Assembly: GCA_013239625.1 (NCBI GenBank)
Contig: MU055753.1
Coordinates: 1,178,001 to 1,242,000 of the forward strand
Reading direction: 5' to 3'
Source: Lama guanicoe
Lineage: Eukaryota
Length of the DNA stretch: 64,000 nt
Below the pieces are notes generated by a model that saw nothing but the letters and a program-made list of their open reading frames with translations, searched no databases and was not told the DNA's origin. Positions 50,953-62,184 of this stretch are shown here, one piece after another (positions within the stretch are counted from its first letter, which is position 1; every line of letters begins with the position of its first letter). A program made the position numbers and the translations under genes.

Positions 50953-53575
50953 CATTGTGAGAGCATCATTTTTTTTTCCCTTTCATGTTCTTGGACCTTT
51001 TGTACTGAAATCCAGGCATCTAGGCTCTTTTTATTCCTAGATGGAACTGCTACTTCCAAGCCGTGGNNNNNNNNNNNNNNNNNNNNNNNNNNNNNNNNNN
51101 NNNNNNNNNNNNNNNNNNNNNNNNNNNNNNNNNNNNNNNNNNNNNNNNNNNNNNNNNNNNNNNNNNNNNNNNNNNNNNNNNNNNNNNNNNNNNNNNNNNN
51201 NNNNNNNNNNNNNNNNNNNNNNNNNNNNNNNNNNNNNNNNNNNNNNNNNNNNNNNNNNNNNNNNNNNNNNNNNNNNNNNNNNNNNNNNNNNNNNNNNNNN
51301 NNNNNNNNNNNNNNNNNNNNNNNNNNNNNNNNNNNNNNNNNNNNNNNNNNNNNNNNNNNNNNNNNNNNNNNNNNNNNNNNNNNNNNNNNNNNNNNNNNNN
51401 NNNNNNNNNNNNNNNNNNNNNNNNNNNNNNNNNTATTCAGAAACTGATTCCTGAAATAATGCAAGCTTATAATGTATCCCGGTAACTTTCTGATGTTGCG
51501 GGAAGATTTTTTTCTATAGTGAACTCTGTGGGCGTTCTCCAAGTATTAACCCTGGACGATAGGAATTGGCTCCTGCGTGCACACACCACACACCCACACA
51601 CATCTATCTATACATACTGGCTTAAGCCAAACTCTTGTCTTGCAGATGTAGAAATTGTTGCTTTGTTTCTCTGATAAAACTGGTTTTAGACAAAAATAGG
51701 GATGATCACTCTCTTAGACCATGCTGATGTTAATAGAGAAGAAGCATCCTTTTCTTTCTTCTATGTGAAACTTGAAATGAGGAAAAGCAATTCTAGTGTA
51801 AATCATGCAAGCGCTATAATTACTATANNNNNNNNNNNNNNNNNNNNNNNNNNNNNNNNNNNNNNNNNNNNNNNNNNNNNNNNNNNNNNNNNNNNNNNNN
51901 NNNNNNNNNNNNNNNNNNNNNNNNNNNNNNNNNNNNNNNNNNNNNNNNNNNNNNNNNNNNNNNNNNNNNNNNNNNNNNNNNNNNNNNNNNNNNNNNNNNN
52001 NNNNNNNNNNNNNNNNNNNNNNNNNNNNNNNNNNNNNNNNNNNNCATTGTATATAAAGTATCGCTTAAAATTGATATAAATTACTGAAGTTTTTAACATG
52101 TATTCTGTTCTTTAAGATCCCTGTAAGAATGTCTAAGGTTTTTATTTATTTATATATATTTTTGGAGTCTGTTCTTTGTAAGACATGATTCTGCTTGTTT
52201 GCTCATAGAGGAGAAGTGGGGGCCGCGGTCCTGATGGCTGTGGGGGTGGCAGCCAGGCTCAGCCGAGGCCTGGGAGGTCCTGGTTCACTGCTCATGGGAG
52301 AAGCCCACCCAGAGTCAGGGACACAGGTGGGCCTGAAACAGCCCTTTGTCTCCCATCCACTCCCCGTCTTAGCCACCCCCGCCCACCCGCGGCCTATATA
52401 CCAACCCCGGAATTGCTGCAAAGGGTGCTCCGGGGACAGGAGGTGCTTCCTGGCCTACCCCCAATCCTGGCTCAGTAGGGGAGGATGCCGCCACAGCCTC
52501 TGGTCCTTCCTTCTCCACTCCATTCTACAAACAGCGAGGTGCTTCCCTGGAGGCCGCCAGGGGGACGATGTGGAGTCCTGGCTGCCAGGACAAAAGACCC
52601 TGCTGTGATGAGAACAGGCCTCCAGCTTCGAGCAACACTTGTTCACTTGGCCGCCTGGCCCCACCCCTCCTCTCTGGGTCTAGTTCCAGAGGCCCTTACT
52701 GAGGGGGTGACATTCGAGGTCCTGAATGCTACAAGAATCACATCTGAGAGGAGCGTCACCGCCACAAGAGCCGAAGCGAATTTCCTAGTCTGCACACCCC
52801 TTCCCAGGCACAGGCGGGTCAAGTCCGGTCCTACTTCCTTGCTCCCCAAACCAGAGTGTGGTCTAAGTCGAGGGGTTGAGGTGTTAAACTTAGAAATCAT
52901 GACCCAAATAGCTTTCCTTTTGGCTCCATGTTCCCAGAGATATTTTCAAAATACTTGGGAGTCTAAATTTGATGAAAAGTTCTCAGAAATTGGTTTTAAC
53001 AGAGCTTCAAATGTTCTAATATAGGTTAAGCCAGGTAAGACTAAGACCACCAGCCAATCCGCATCCCTAAGACCATCCCCAAGAGGGAAGCAGGGCTGTG
53101 CCCTACTCGGCCACACACCATCCTTGCTCAACGTGCTCAAGTCTCACATCCCTGACCCTCTTCCCAGTCGCCTTTTGCACTGAGGGGAAAGCTCTGAGCT
53201 GAGCCCGTGTTCAGACCAGGAGTGTGGGCCATCTGGGGCCCGGAGAAGCAGCTGCAGTCCAGCCTCCAGACAGGCAGCCCTTTAACCCAGCCAGTGGGGA
53301 GTCTCTTTCAGGTTATCCTGGAATCCAAATCTCTGCGTACCAACTTCATCCTCTTGGAGTCCCATGCAATCCAGATGCCAGAGGGTGTGGCCTGGATGCT
53401 AACCTGGCACTTGGCGGAAAGAAGTTTCTGTGAGAGCTGGAAAGCCCCAACACGGTGTCTCACACACAGTCTACTTAAGAGGAGAAGGAAAAAGTCCTAT
53501 ATTTGTGATCAAAACGAGGAAACTTTGAATGTGCTGGTGTTTATAATAAAAGCTGGTAAACCTGCTTGGATTCAG
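50953..53575 (+). other. CREBBP: CREBBP 3'UTR (approximate long form)
   Basis: From the stop to shortly after AATAAA at 53545-53550; ~2.6 kb, similar to recalled human length; cleavage site not determined; two internal N-runs. Confidence 0.7.
53545..53550 (+). terminator. Probable distal polyadenylation signal (AATAAA)
   Basis: Canonical hexamer ~2.6 kb after the stop, with a GT/T-rich tract near 53655-53680. Confidence 0.65.
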
Positions 53576-55817
53576 AGATGGTTCCAGTTGGCTAACAACC
53601 CTTGGCATTAGCCTAGCAAACAGTTGTAAGATGAAGGGGCTCAGTTGATTCTGTCTAGTGTGTGTCTTTATGTATTTGAGCATTTAGCATGTTTTAAAAA
53701 AAAGTGGACTGCAACAGCTGGGTAACATGAGATGAAGAGGCTGCTAAGATCTCAGGCTGAAGACTCCTAACCTTTTGATTGCTATAAAGTGGAACCAAAG
53801 ATTTCATTTGAACCAAAATGTGCTTTTAGAGCTGCATGGGAAAATAAGCTACTGTGAAGAAGGAAAGGAGCTGAGTGTTGGGTGCAGCGAGGGGGTAGCC
53901 AGGGAGGACTTCACCCAAGGGCAGTGCTGGGGTGCAGACGCCCTAGCGGTGCCACCTTAGCAAGGAGATGTGCAGGACGAAGGGGATGGAGTCCACATGG
54001 GGTCCTAAAGCCACATGCACCTTCCCCGGGTTCCCCGCGTTCACTGCACTGCGTTACTCAGTCAGAAGTTCATTGTGCAAAGTCGAGAGTAGGGAAACGG
54101 GTCAGTTGCAAGATACTAATCGTTAAGTGGATGTAGCCCTTAGGCTGACAAAGACAGACAAGACTGAGGGACTTCAAAAAGATGAGGATGCAAATGGAGC
54201 TTCCAGTAAACTGAAAAATTCAAAGGGTGCTGACAGCTTAGAACACCTTGATTAAGGAGGTGGTATAGATGTAAGGGGATTAGAGAGAGACTGGAGAGTG
54301 AGAGACCAGATTATAGAAAGTGCGTGCCTGAGGCCTCTTGGGGTGAGGGTGCGGGAGTAATGGCCCCGGGCCCCGGGCCCTCGTCAAATGTGATACCAGA
54401 TCACAGGTGCTGTTCGAAAGCATGCCCAGCAATGTGGTGGGAAAGCGGAGGCAGAGATTTGCCTGAACTCATGAGCACCAAGGGCAGACCCTGAGCCAAG
54501 CTACCCTTGTGTTTGGAAAGAGCTTTTCCTCCCAGCCTTGATAGCTATCCTTCGTGCCTGCCTCCCCTCCTTGTTCCACAGGCTCACCCACTTTGGGGTG
54601 CCTTGGGGAAGTGGGGGCATGGCGGTACATTGCAGCCCCTCCAACATCCAAGACGGTAGTATGCGGTAACCAGGTCCTTTAAAGGACTGTTTGGGACTCA
54701 GCCCGCCTGTGTCCGGTTCCCCGGCTCACTTCAGCATCAGAGGAAAAGAAATGTTGGCAGAGTCAGACAACCCTGGTGTCCACAGCTTCAAGCTCTGGGT
54801 GTAGAGGACCCTAACCCACCTCCCGCCCAACACCTAGAGAGGGCTTAGTGATGGAAATGGGGTTCATCAGCTGATCGTGGGTCCCAGGCGAGCAACCAGG
54901 AAGCCTCTTACCGACTTTGTTGTACTGATTATATTTGGGCGAATCGGTGATAAGGATCCTCCGGCGAGGTGGTGATGTTTAGAAAACGTTCCAGGTGAGA
55001 GTGAGGGTCCTGCATCAACACACCCTTCAGGAAAATGTCCAGAGAGGACATTCTTGGAAAGGATGGCGAGGGGTGTGTGCCTGGATCCCTCCTTGTCTTC
55101 TCACCCGACCCGGGGCTCCTCACATCTGGGCACAGGTTCTGGGCCCTCAGGAGAGGGAGGGTTGCTTCACGTGCTGTTGCACAGGGAGGGGTGTCTGCTG
55201 AAAGAGGGAGAGTCTTGGGGACCAGACGCTCACATTGCAGCCGTGCTCCCAAAGCCAGGAAATATAGAGGAAGGAAGAGGAAGGTGAGGGGGCCGGGCGT
55301 CCATGCTGGAAGCATTCAGAGCTGACAGGTGTTCAGCAGCCAGAATTGGGGTCACCAGTGAGCTGGAGGCCTCTGCGGGAGGGGCACAGGGGACTCCCCG
55401 GGCTCCCTGGGAGGCTGCTTCTCACTGTTGCCCACCCTCTGGACACTCGAGTTCTGAACTTTGGTCTCCTGGGTGAAGAGAAGGGGTCCTCGTGTGGGAA
55501 GCGGGCAGGAAGGATGCAAGTGACACTTGAGCTGGGGCCCCTTTCCCTCTATAATGAGCAGCTTCAGGATCTGCTGCTTCCAGCTGATGTTCAAATGAGT
55601 GCCACGTTTGTTCACTGCACAAGTCTATCTTGAGCAGATCCTAGGCAGTGACATACAGCCCTTGGGGAACTCAGTTGACAGAGACAAGTCTCAGAGGAAG
55701 GTACTTCGGCTCAGCTAGGGCACTGCAGCCAGTCTGTGCTGGAAACGAATAGTCTCCATTAGGGCCAAGGGTTCAGGAAGCACACGATTTCTTCGACTGC
55801 CCTGTGTTCCCTGGGAC

Positions 55818-55970
55818 AGTATTTCTCAAGCTTAATGTGCACGTGGATTGATTGGCTGGGATCCTGCTAAAATCCTGATTCTGTAAAACTGAGGGCCGCG
55901 TGCTGAGATTGCACGTTTCTAACAAGCTTCCAGGGAGGCTGCTGCCGCCGGCCCTCATGCATGGAGTAGC
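55818..55970. mobile_element. MER5A-like fragment
   Basis: cagtatttctcaagctt...ctgattctgta...tgagattgcacgtttctaacaagcttcc motifs. Confidence 0.6.
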
Positions 55971-58217
55971 CAGGCTGTACGGGACCAAGAACAACCCTCT
56001 CAGCTTGGAAACTGCCTTAGTTTTAATGTTCATGATCAGACATGGGTGTGGGGAGAGTGGGCTGGAGCAAGTGGTTCTCACCTGAGGTCTGGACAGGACA
56101 GGAGCTGGGGCAGAAACTGGGCCCTGAGCAGCCCCAGCGGGCTTAAAGCCCTGAGTTACCTGGAAAGGGCATCCCAACCGTTTTGTTTGGTGCAGGGAGA
56201 CGTCCTGGCTGTGAAGCGCATTGGTTAAAATGCAGATTGTGAAGAGAACAAAGAAGGGAGTCACATCATGCTTGCTTCTCCCAAGAAGCAGGAGGGGTGC
56301 CTTGCCCCTAGCCTGTCTCCAGGCCCTGTAAACACGCTGTTGCCTGTTCTTGGGCTCCCAGTGGAGTCAGCGCTAGGGTCTGTCCATCCCTCCTGTTTGC
56401 TGAACTGTAGGCACGGCACCCGCCACTCGGAAGAGGCCAGGGGCTGCTGCTGGACCATGGTCCCCTCCGCCCGAGGAGTGAGGGAAGATACCCAACAGTC
56501 TGCATTTCCACCTGTCCTCCATACCCAGCTGGACCAGAGAATCCTGGCTGAGGGGACCCTCTTCACACCTGGGGAGACACAGTCTCTGGAGGAGAACGTG
56601 ACAAAATCTGCCCCCTGGCTGAGGCCTGACACCAGGTGTTGCTCAGGACACCAGCTGGGCAGGGCTCTGTATGGAGCAGAGGCCCAAGTGCCCAGGCTAA
56701 GGGCCAGTCCTTCAGGGAGGCAGGGCTTTGCCGGCATGGAGCAGACACTGAAGGAGGGGGCCTTGCGGCCACCAGGAAGCCATATCAAGCAGGGAAAGAG
56801 GCCTTCGAGCAGGCAGAGTCTCCCACACAGCCTCTCTGCTCCCTCCAAGCATCAGGTGAGAACTGCAGCTCCAGGAAGTATGAAGCACCGGCTTGGCCCA
56901 GGCTCACACGGGCACATGGTGGAAGCACGCGGGGAACAGTGTGGCTTTCTCACCCCTCAGTCTCTCAGACCAAACGAATTCTCACTTGTCCTCTTTCTCA
57001 TAAGCAATAGATGCAGTGGACTTGAGGGCTGGTAGACACTTTTTATTCTTAAAATGGATGTCATCCACAAGCTGGGAAAAATTTTGATTTGAGTTCTTTG
57101 CCAGGACAAAAATGCACCTTTCAAAACATGCCCTCAAGGCTAGTTCACCTGGTGGTGTCCCCTCAGTGGCAGAAATGCTGGGGGCAGAGTTGCTGCCTCC
57201 TCTACCTGCCTTCCCCAGAGCCACACTCACTCAGGCAAGGCCCCTCCAGTGATATTTCGTGGTTATCCAGGCACAGTTAACTGTCTTATGTTGGTCACAT
57301 GGGACAGGGAGGCTGGGAGCCCAGCAGGATGGCCCCTCCTGCCCCTCCTGTAGGGAGCACAGGCAGCCATCACAGGGGAAGGACCCCACAGGAGAAGGGA
57401 TTGCCAAAGGCCACCCAGCTAGTGGGTGACCAGGGAGCCCCTAGAGGGGCCTGGAATGACTGCTGATGCTGTAGGGAATGAAAATGGAGAAGACCTCAGG
57501 TCTATTCACCCCTCAGACTGGGGTGGGGGTGGGGGTCCTGCGGAATCAGCCTGAGACATTCCCAGTGAACTTGATGGTAGAATTAAAAGTGGCCACTGGC
57601 AAAGAAGAACAAGCCATTTAGAGAAAAAGCCTCAGAGCCATCTAGTAAGTTCCAGGCGAGGTCCTGCTAAGTGGCTGCACCTGCCTCCACGAAGGGCCAT
57701 AGGTCTTGCTTCTGGCCCAGTCCCAGCCTCAGCATGTGTGCCAGCAGGGGTCAGATGGAGCCGCGCTGCCTTGGGCAGGTCTCTGAAGTTGGCAGGATTG
57801 ACATTTGTCAAACACACTGAGCTAGTTGTCAAGCAAATCAGCAAAATACAAGTTTTCTGAGTTCCAACTCACTCTGAGTTGGCATCAAAGTACTGCGAAG
57901 GATGAAAAGGACTTTAAGAAATGCAAAAAAACCCTGTGAGGTACCAGCAGGCCATTTGTACTTCTCTGAATTTGAACGTTTCGATGCTTCAGAAACCCAG
58001 GGAGAGGTACTGCGTCTCAGGCTTTGGTCAAAGGCCACCAAGCTGCAGCTGCTCCTCTCCAGGCCAAGAAGTATCCTAGAGCCATGAGCCTCTCTTCCTA
58101 GGGAACACTCAGGATGTTGCTTGATGAAGGGAGAAACTCACCCAAGAGTTAGTACTTTGAACAAAGAAATGAAGAAAAAGGGAGTTAGTCACATTGGGGT
58201 TTTCTTTGCAGTAGGCA

Positions 58218-58710
58218 TTTTTTTTTAATTGTGGCAAAAAATACANNNNNNNNNNNNNNNNNNNNNNNNNNNNNNNNNNNNNNNNNNNNNNNNNNNNNNN
58301 NNNNNNNNNNNNNNNNNNNNNNNNNNNNNNNNNNNNNNNNNNNNNNNNNNNNNNNNNNNNNNNNNNNNNNNNNNNNNNNNNNNNNNNNNNNNNNNNNNNN
58401 NNNNNNNGCCCCTGGGAGCCACCGTTCTATTTTCTGTCTCTATGAACTTGACTACTCTAACTACCTCTTGTTAGCAGAATCATATAGTATTTTGTCTTTT
58501 CATGACTGGCTTCNNNNNNNNNNNNNNNNNNNNNNNNNNNNNNNNNNNNNNNNNNNNNNNNNNNNNNNNNNNNNNNNNNNNNNNNNNNNNNNNNNNNNNN
58601 NNNNNNNNNNNNNNNNNNNNNNNNNNNNNNNNNNNNNNNNNNNNNNNNNNNNNNNNNNNNNNNNNNNNNNNNNNNNNNNNNNNNNNNNNNNNNNNNNNNN
58701 NNATTTTTCA
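58218..58710 (-). mobile_element. L1M 3'-end fragment, antisense, largely masked
   Basis: T-run then ttgtggcaaaaaataca; gcccctggg..ccaccgttcta.tttctgtctctatga.cttgact; atcatatagtatttt...gactggctt. Confidence 0.6.
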
Positions 58711-60495
58711 CAGCCCTCAGCTCACCCCAGGGGACGGCAGTGACTTCTGCAGAAGAAATGGACAACCTCAGAGTTGGTTGTCCAGGCCACAGAGGTGGTC
58801 TGGAGACCCAGGGAGGGGGGTGTCTCCTCCTTCTCTCCTGTCCTGTTTCTCTCTCTTGCTCTCTCCAAGCAACTCCTTGCCAGTCTCCATCAATTCTGCT
58901 CAAGCACATCTGCATCTAATCATTTTTTCCCTCTTCTATTTTCCTTGTCTGCAAAGGGGCTGAAAGCTGCTCATGACCCCCTTAGACTGGCCTGGATCCC
59001 TGGGCACCTTAAAAGGCCACAGTTCCCTGCGCTACCAGAGGACCCAGTATCACAAAGATCTGTGGCTGAGGGTATGTCTCTGAAGGCCACAGGCCAAGAG
59101 AGGACAGAAGGCCCAGGTAGGTGTGTCTGGAACCTGATAGGTTTGCCCTCCACAGAGCCTGGGTCCTGCCTGTCTCAGCAGAGGCCCCCCCACCATCCTT
59201 AACTAAAGCCTAGGTTTCCTTCCTTCCTTTGCCAAATACCACTTCCTCTTCCTGAAATAAAAGGGCTCCCCAAGCTAGATCTATTGCCCCATAGACCACT
59301 GTGTCAGCTCTTACAAAACAGATGATTTCCTGAGTGGAGTGAACAAATGAAATGTGACGGTGAGACACCTCGATTCAGTGACATCCTGGGAATGGAATGC
59401 TATGTCTGGGACTGGCTCAGTGTCTGGATTGTAGGGAAGGAGGGAGAGAGGCAGGGATTGGTTATGCAGGGCTTGGAGGCCAAGGCATAAGGGATTTGGA
59501 ATTGATTATCTGCTGGGAAACCACTGGAAGACCCTGATTGAGGAGTGTATGATCCAGCTGCTGTGTAGAGAATGGGGTGTGTGTTGGAGGGTGCGGGGTG
59601 GGGTGTCAGGAGGCAGCTGGAGTCTCCCAGCTGAGAGAGCTCCTGCTCTTCCATCCAAATCTGCCCACGTCTTTCATGTTCCTCTCCTCTGTTGCTTAAG
59701 CCTGGAACTTGTGGATCACCCTTGACATCTTCTACCTGGAAGTGTTCCTGGACACACCCCCTCCTGTGGCCCTGGCTAGGTCCAGGTCCCACGGGGGGGA
59801 CACTCCCCTGGCTTCTGTACTTTGCAGATCCTGTCACAATCTCAACCTGTTTTTGTGCAATTATTTGATCGTGGCAGCGAGTCTTCAGTGTGCCTCATTA
59901 TCATCTGGGGAGCCGCCTGAACCCCACTTCAGGCAGTGCTGGAGAATCTGCATGTTACATGGTTTGAAACTCTCGTAAGAAAGGGAATTCAAGGTCGGAA
60001 TCCCCGACGAGACTCCTACCTCCAGGAGGGCGAGAGAATTGGAATGAATGAATAAGGCCAGTTTGCTGGTGGGCTTTGGCTCTCGAGTTTTGGTGTAGCC
60101 AAGTCAAGCATGAAAGTCTCCCTTTTGCTTTTTAGCTATTTGGCCTGCGTTGGTTGGAACAGACTGACTTCCAGCGGTCTGGACGGGTGGCCAGGTCTTA
60201 TAAAGGATCCCAGAGGTATTAACTGCTTCTGCCTGGGCGCCGCCTTTTCACACCCTCTGCTGTGGACTGGAACATCTGCCCGTTTCTGGGACGCACAAAC
60301 TGAGGCCCAGCTGGTGGACAGGTGCCCAGGGCGACCCAGCACTCACTGCCCGTCGCCCTTGACAACGCGATACAAGGTCGCGGAGGTCCCGCCTCCAGGC
60401 CCGACTGTCCTCTCGCGGGCCGACCGCGCCCGCGCCACGGAAGCCCGGCCCACTCGCCCGCGCAGGCAGCGGACCGGGCAGCCGGGCGCGCGCTG

Positions 60496-60503
60496 TGACG
60501 TCA
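60496..60503. promoter_or_regulatory. Full palindromic CRE (TGACGTCA)
   Basis: GTGACGTCAC at 60495-60504, ~70 nt upstream of the TRAP1 ATG. Confidence 0.8.
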
Positions 60504-60569
60504 CCGCGCCGCGCACGGCGACCCCGCCCGGGCCGCGCGTGGCTGCTCTGGGCGCTGAGGAGAACCGGC

Positions 60570-60645
60570 ATGGCGCGGGAGCTGTGGGCGCTGCTGCTGT
60601 GGGGCCGCTGCCTGCGGGCGCCGGCGTTGGCGGCCTCCCGGGGAG
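60570..60645 (+). CDS. TRAP1: TRAP1 (mitochondrial HSP90/HSP75) first coding exon, N-terminal targeting peptide
   Basis: ggcATGG Kozak; [25 protein letters not shown] resembles recalled human [29 protein letters not shown]; donor GAG|gtgaga; expected synteny; exon 2 not seen in window. Confidence 0.93.
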
Positions 60646-61299
60646 GTGAGAGCGGCCGGGCAGGGCGGGTGGAAAGCGGGCAGGGATGGGGACGCGCGGA
60701 GCTCCCAAGAGTCCCGAGCCGATTTTCTCCTCCGTGGGAGGCGCTGTGTGGGAGATTCTGTGAGACTGATGTGCCCAGCGCGCGGCGAGCGGCGAACGCT
60801 GAGCGCTCTGTGCGTCTTGATGTCACCTGGCTCGACCCAGGGCTGGGCCGCCGGGGTTTTCCCGTAGGTGACGGGGTTGAGTCCGGGCCCACGTGACTGC
60901 AGCAAAGGCTTCTCCCCTACCAGCTCCTGGGGCCGGGTTGAAGTAGAGAGGCTGCGGGCTCCTCGCTGCTGGAGCCGAAGGCAGTTTCGAGGAGTTGAAA
61001 TCGAAGGGTGTGTGTGCGCTGGGAACGGACCCCACCAGGATGATGACTTAAGTCCCTTAGTTGCGCTTTTATTCCTCTCCTCCCCCAAGTTGATTTATAC
61101 ACGGATAATGCATAAGCCACTTGGTCACTCGTTCATTCGACACAAACTTGAGTGCCCACTCGGCCTGGCATGGCACGCGGCAGCGAGCCGAGCAGAGACC
61201 CGGCACCTGGGCCCTCATGCAGCCCGTGGACTCTGGGTTATTGACCGCCGTGTCCTCAGGGCCTGGAATCGGTAGGTGCTCAAATAAATGTTGAAAGAA

Positions 61300-62030
61300 A
61301 AGAATGACCGCAATCTCTGCTTTCTCACTCCCCACTGGGAAGTAACCACGGGTGAACATGTTGATGTTCTTCCAGGCTCTGCACAGTTACACACATACGT
61401 AAATAGACCTGTCTAACTATTTTTACGTAAAAAGGCCTAAACCGTATATACATTGTGCAGCAGTTTGTTGTTGTTGTTGTTGTTTAAAGCTCCAGCATGG
61501 CTTACACAGCTTTTCTTGTCAGTATGGACCGGTTCCATACTGTTTACAGTGGCTGCGTAGTGTCCTGTGTTATGGATGTATCATTTACTTAACATTATCC
61601 TGTTGAGGGAGTGGTAAAGATTATTTCTGTTCTTTTCGTCGTGACAATGCTGCCTAGAATGTATGAGTGTTTAATCTTTGTGTACAGGTATGGCATTTCT
61701 TTCGAATTACAGAATTAAGAGTTTTAAAATTGATGGTTCATAGTCTTGCGTATTTGAAATGTTTGCTGATATTGCCAAATTGTTCAAAAAGGTTTTATCA
61801 ATTTATATTCCCCTTAGCAGGGAATGAGACTACCTGTATCAAGGCATCTTCTCCAACACTGGATATTAGATCTTTTTGAAACCAGTGGTTTGTAAACTGT
61901 ATCTTGTTTAACTTACATTTGCATGGATACTGATAAGAATGTTTTCATTTGTTTAATGACTGTATATCTTCTGTGAATTTCCTCTTCATATCATTTACAC
62001 TTTTTTCTGTTACCTGAGTTTTAAATTTTG
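61300..62030 (-). mobile_element. Old L1M-like fragments in TRAP1 intron 1
   Basis: AT-rich tract with atggatgtatcatttacttaac, atattgccaaattg, ttctccaacactggat motifs; boundaries approximate. Confidence 0.45.
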
Positions 62031-62044
62031 GTGTTGTCTCTATT

Positions 62045-62184
62045 TTTGTTTTGTTTTGTGTGTGTGTGTGTGTGTGTGTGGGTAATTAGGTTTATTTATT
62101 TTTAGAGGAGGTACTGGGGATTGAACCCAGGACCTCATGAATGCGAAGCATGTGCTCTATCACTTGAGCTATACCCTCCTCCCC
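62045..62184 (-). mobile_element. tRNA-derived SINE (vic-1-like), antisense, with (TG)n microsatellite in its tail
   Basis: Reverse complement of the same head (...gaacccaggacctc...gagctataccctc); (TG)n at ~62057-62080. Confidence 0.88.

Larger units (their letters stand above)
60180..61250. promoter_or_regulatory. TRAP1: CpG-island promoter of TRAP1
   Basis: Dense CpG, GC-rich segment around the first exon; contains CRE, ETS core (CGGAAG 60438-60443) and GC boxes; boundaries judged by eye. Confidence 0.9.

Noticed and set aside
60110-61275. Multiple long overlapping ORFs in the CpG island
   Set aside because: Stop-codon scarcity in GC-rich DNA; only 60570-60645 matches a known protein and has a donor site
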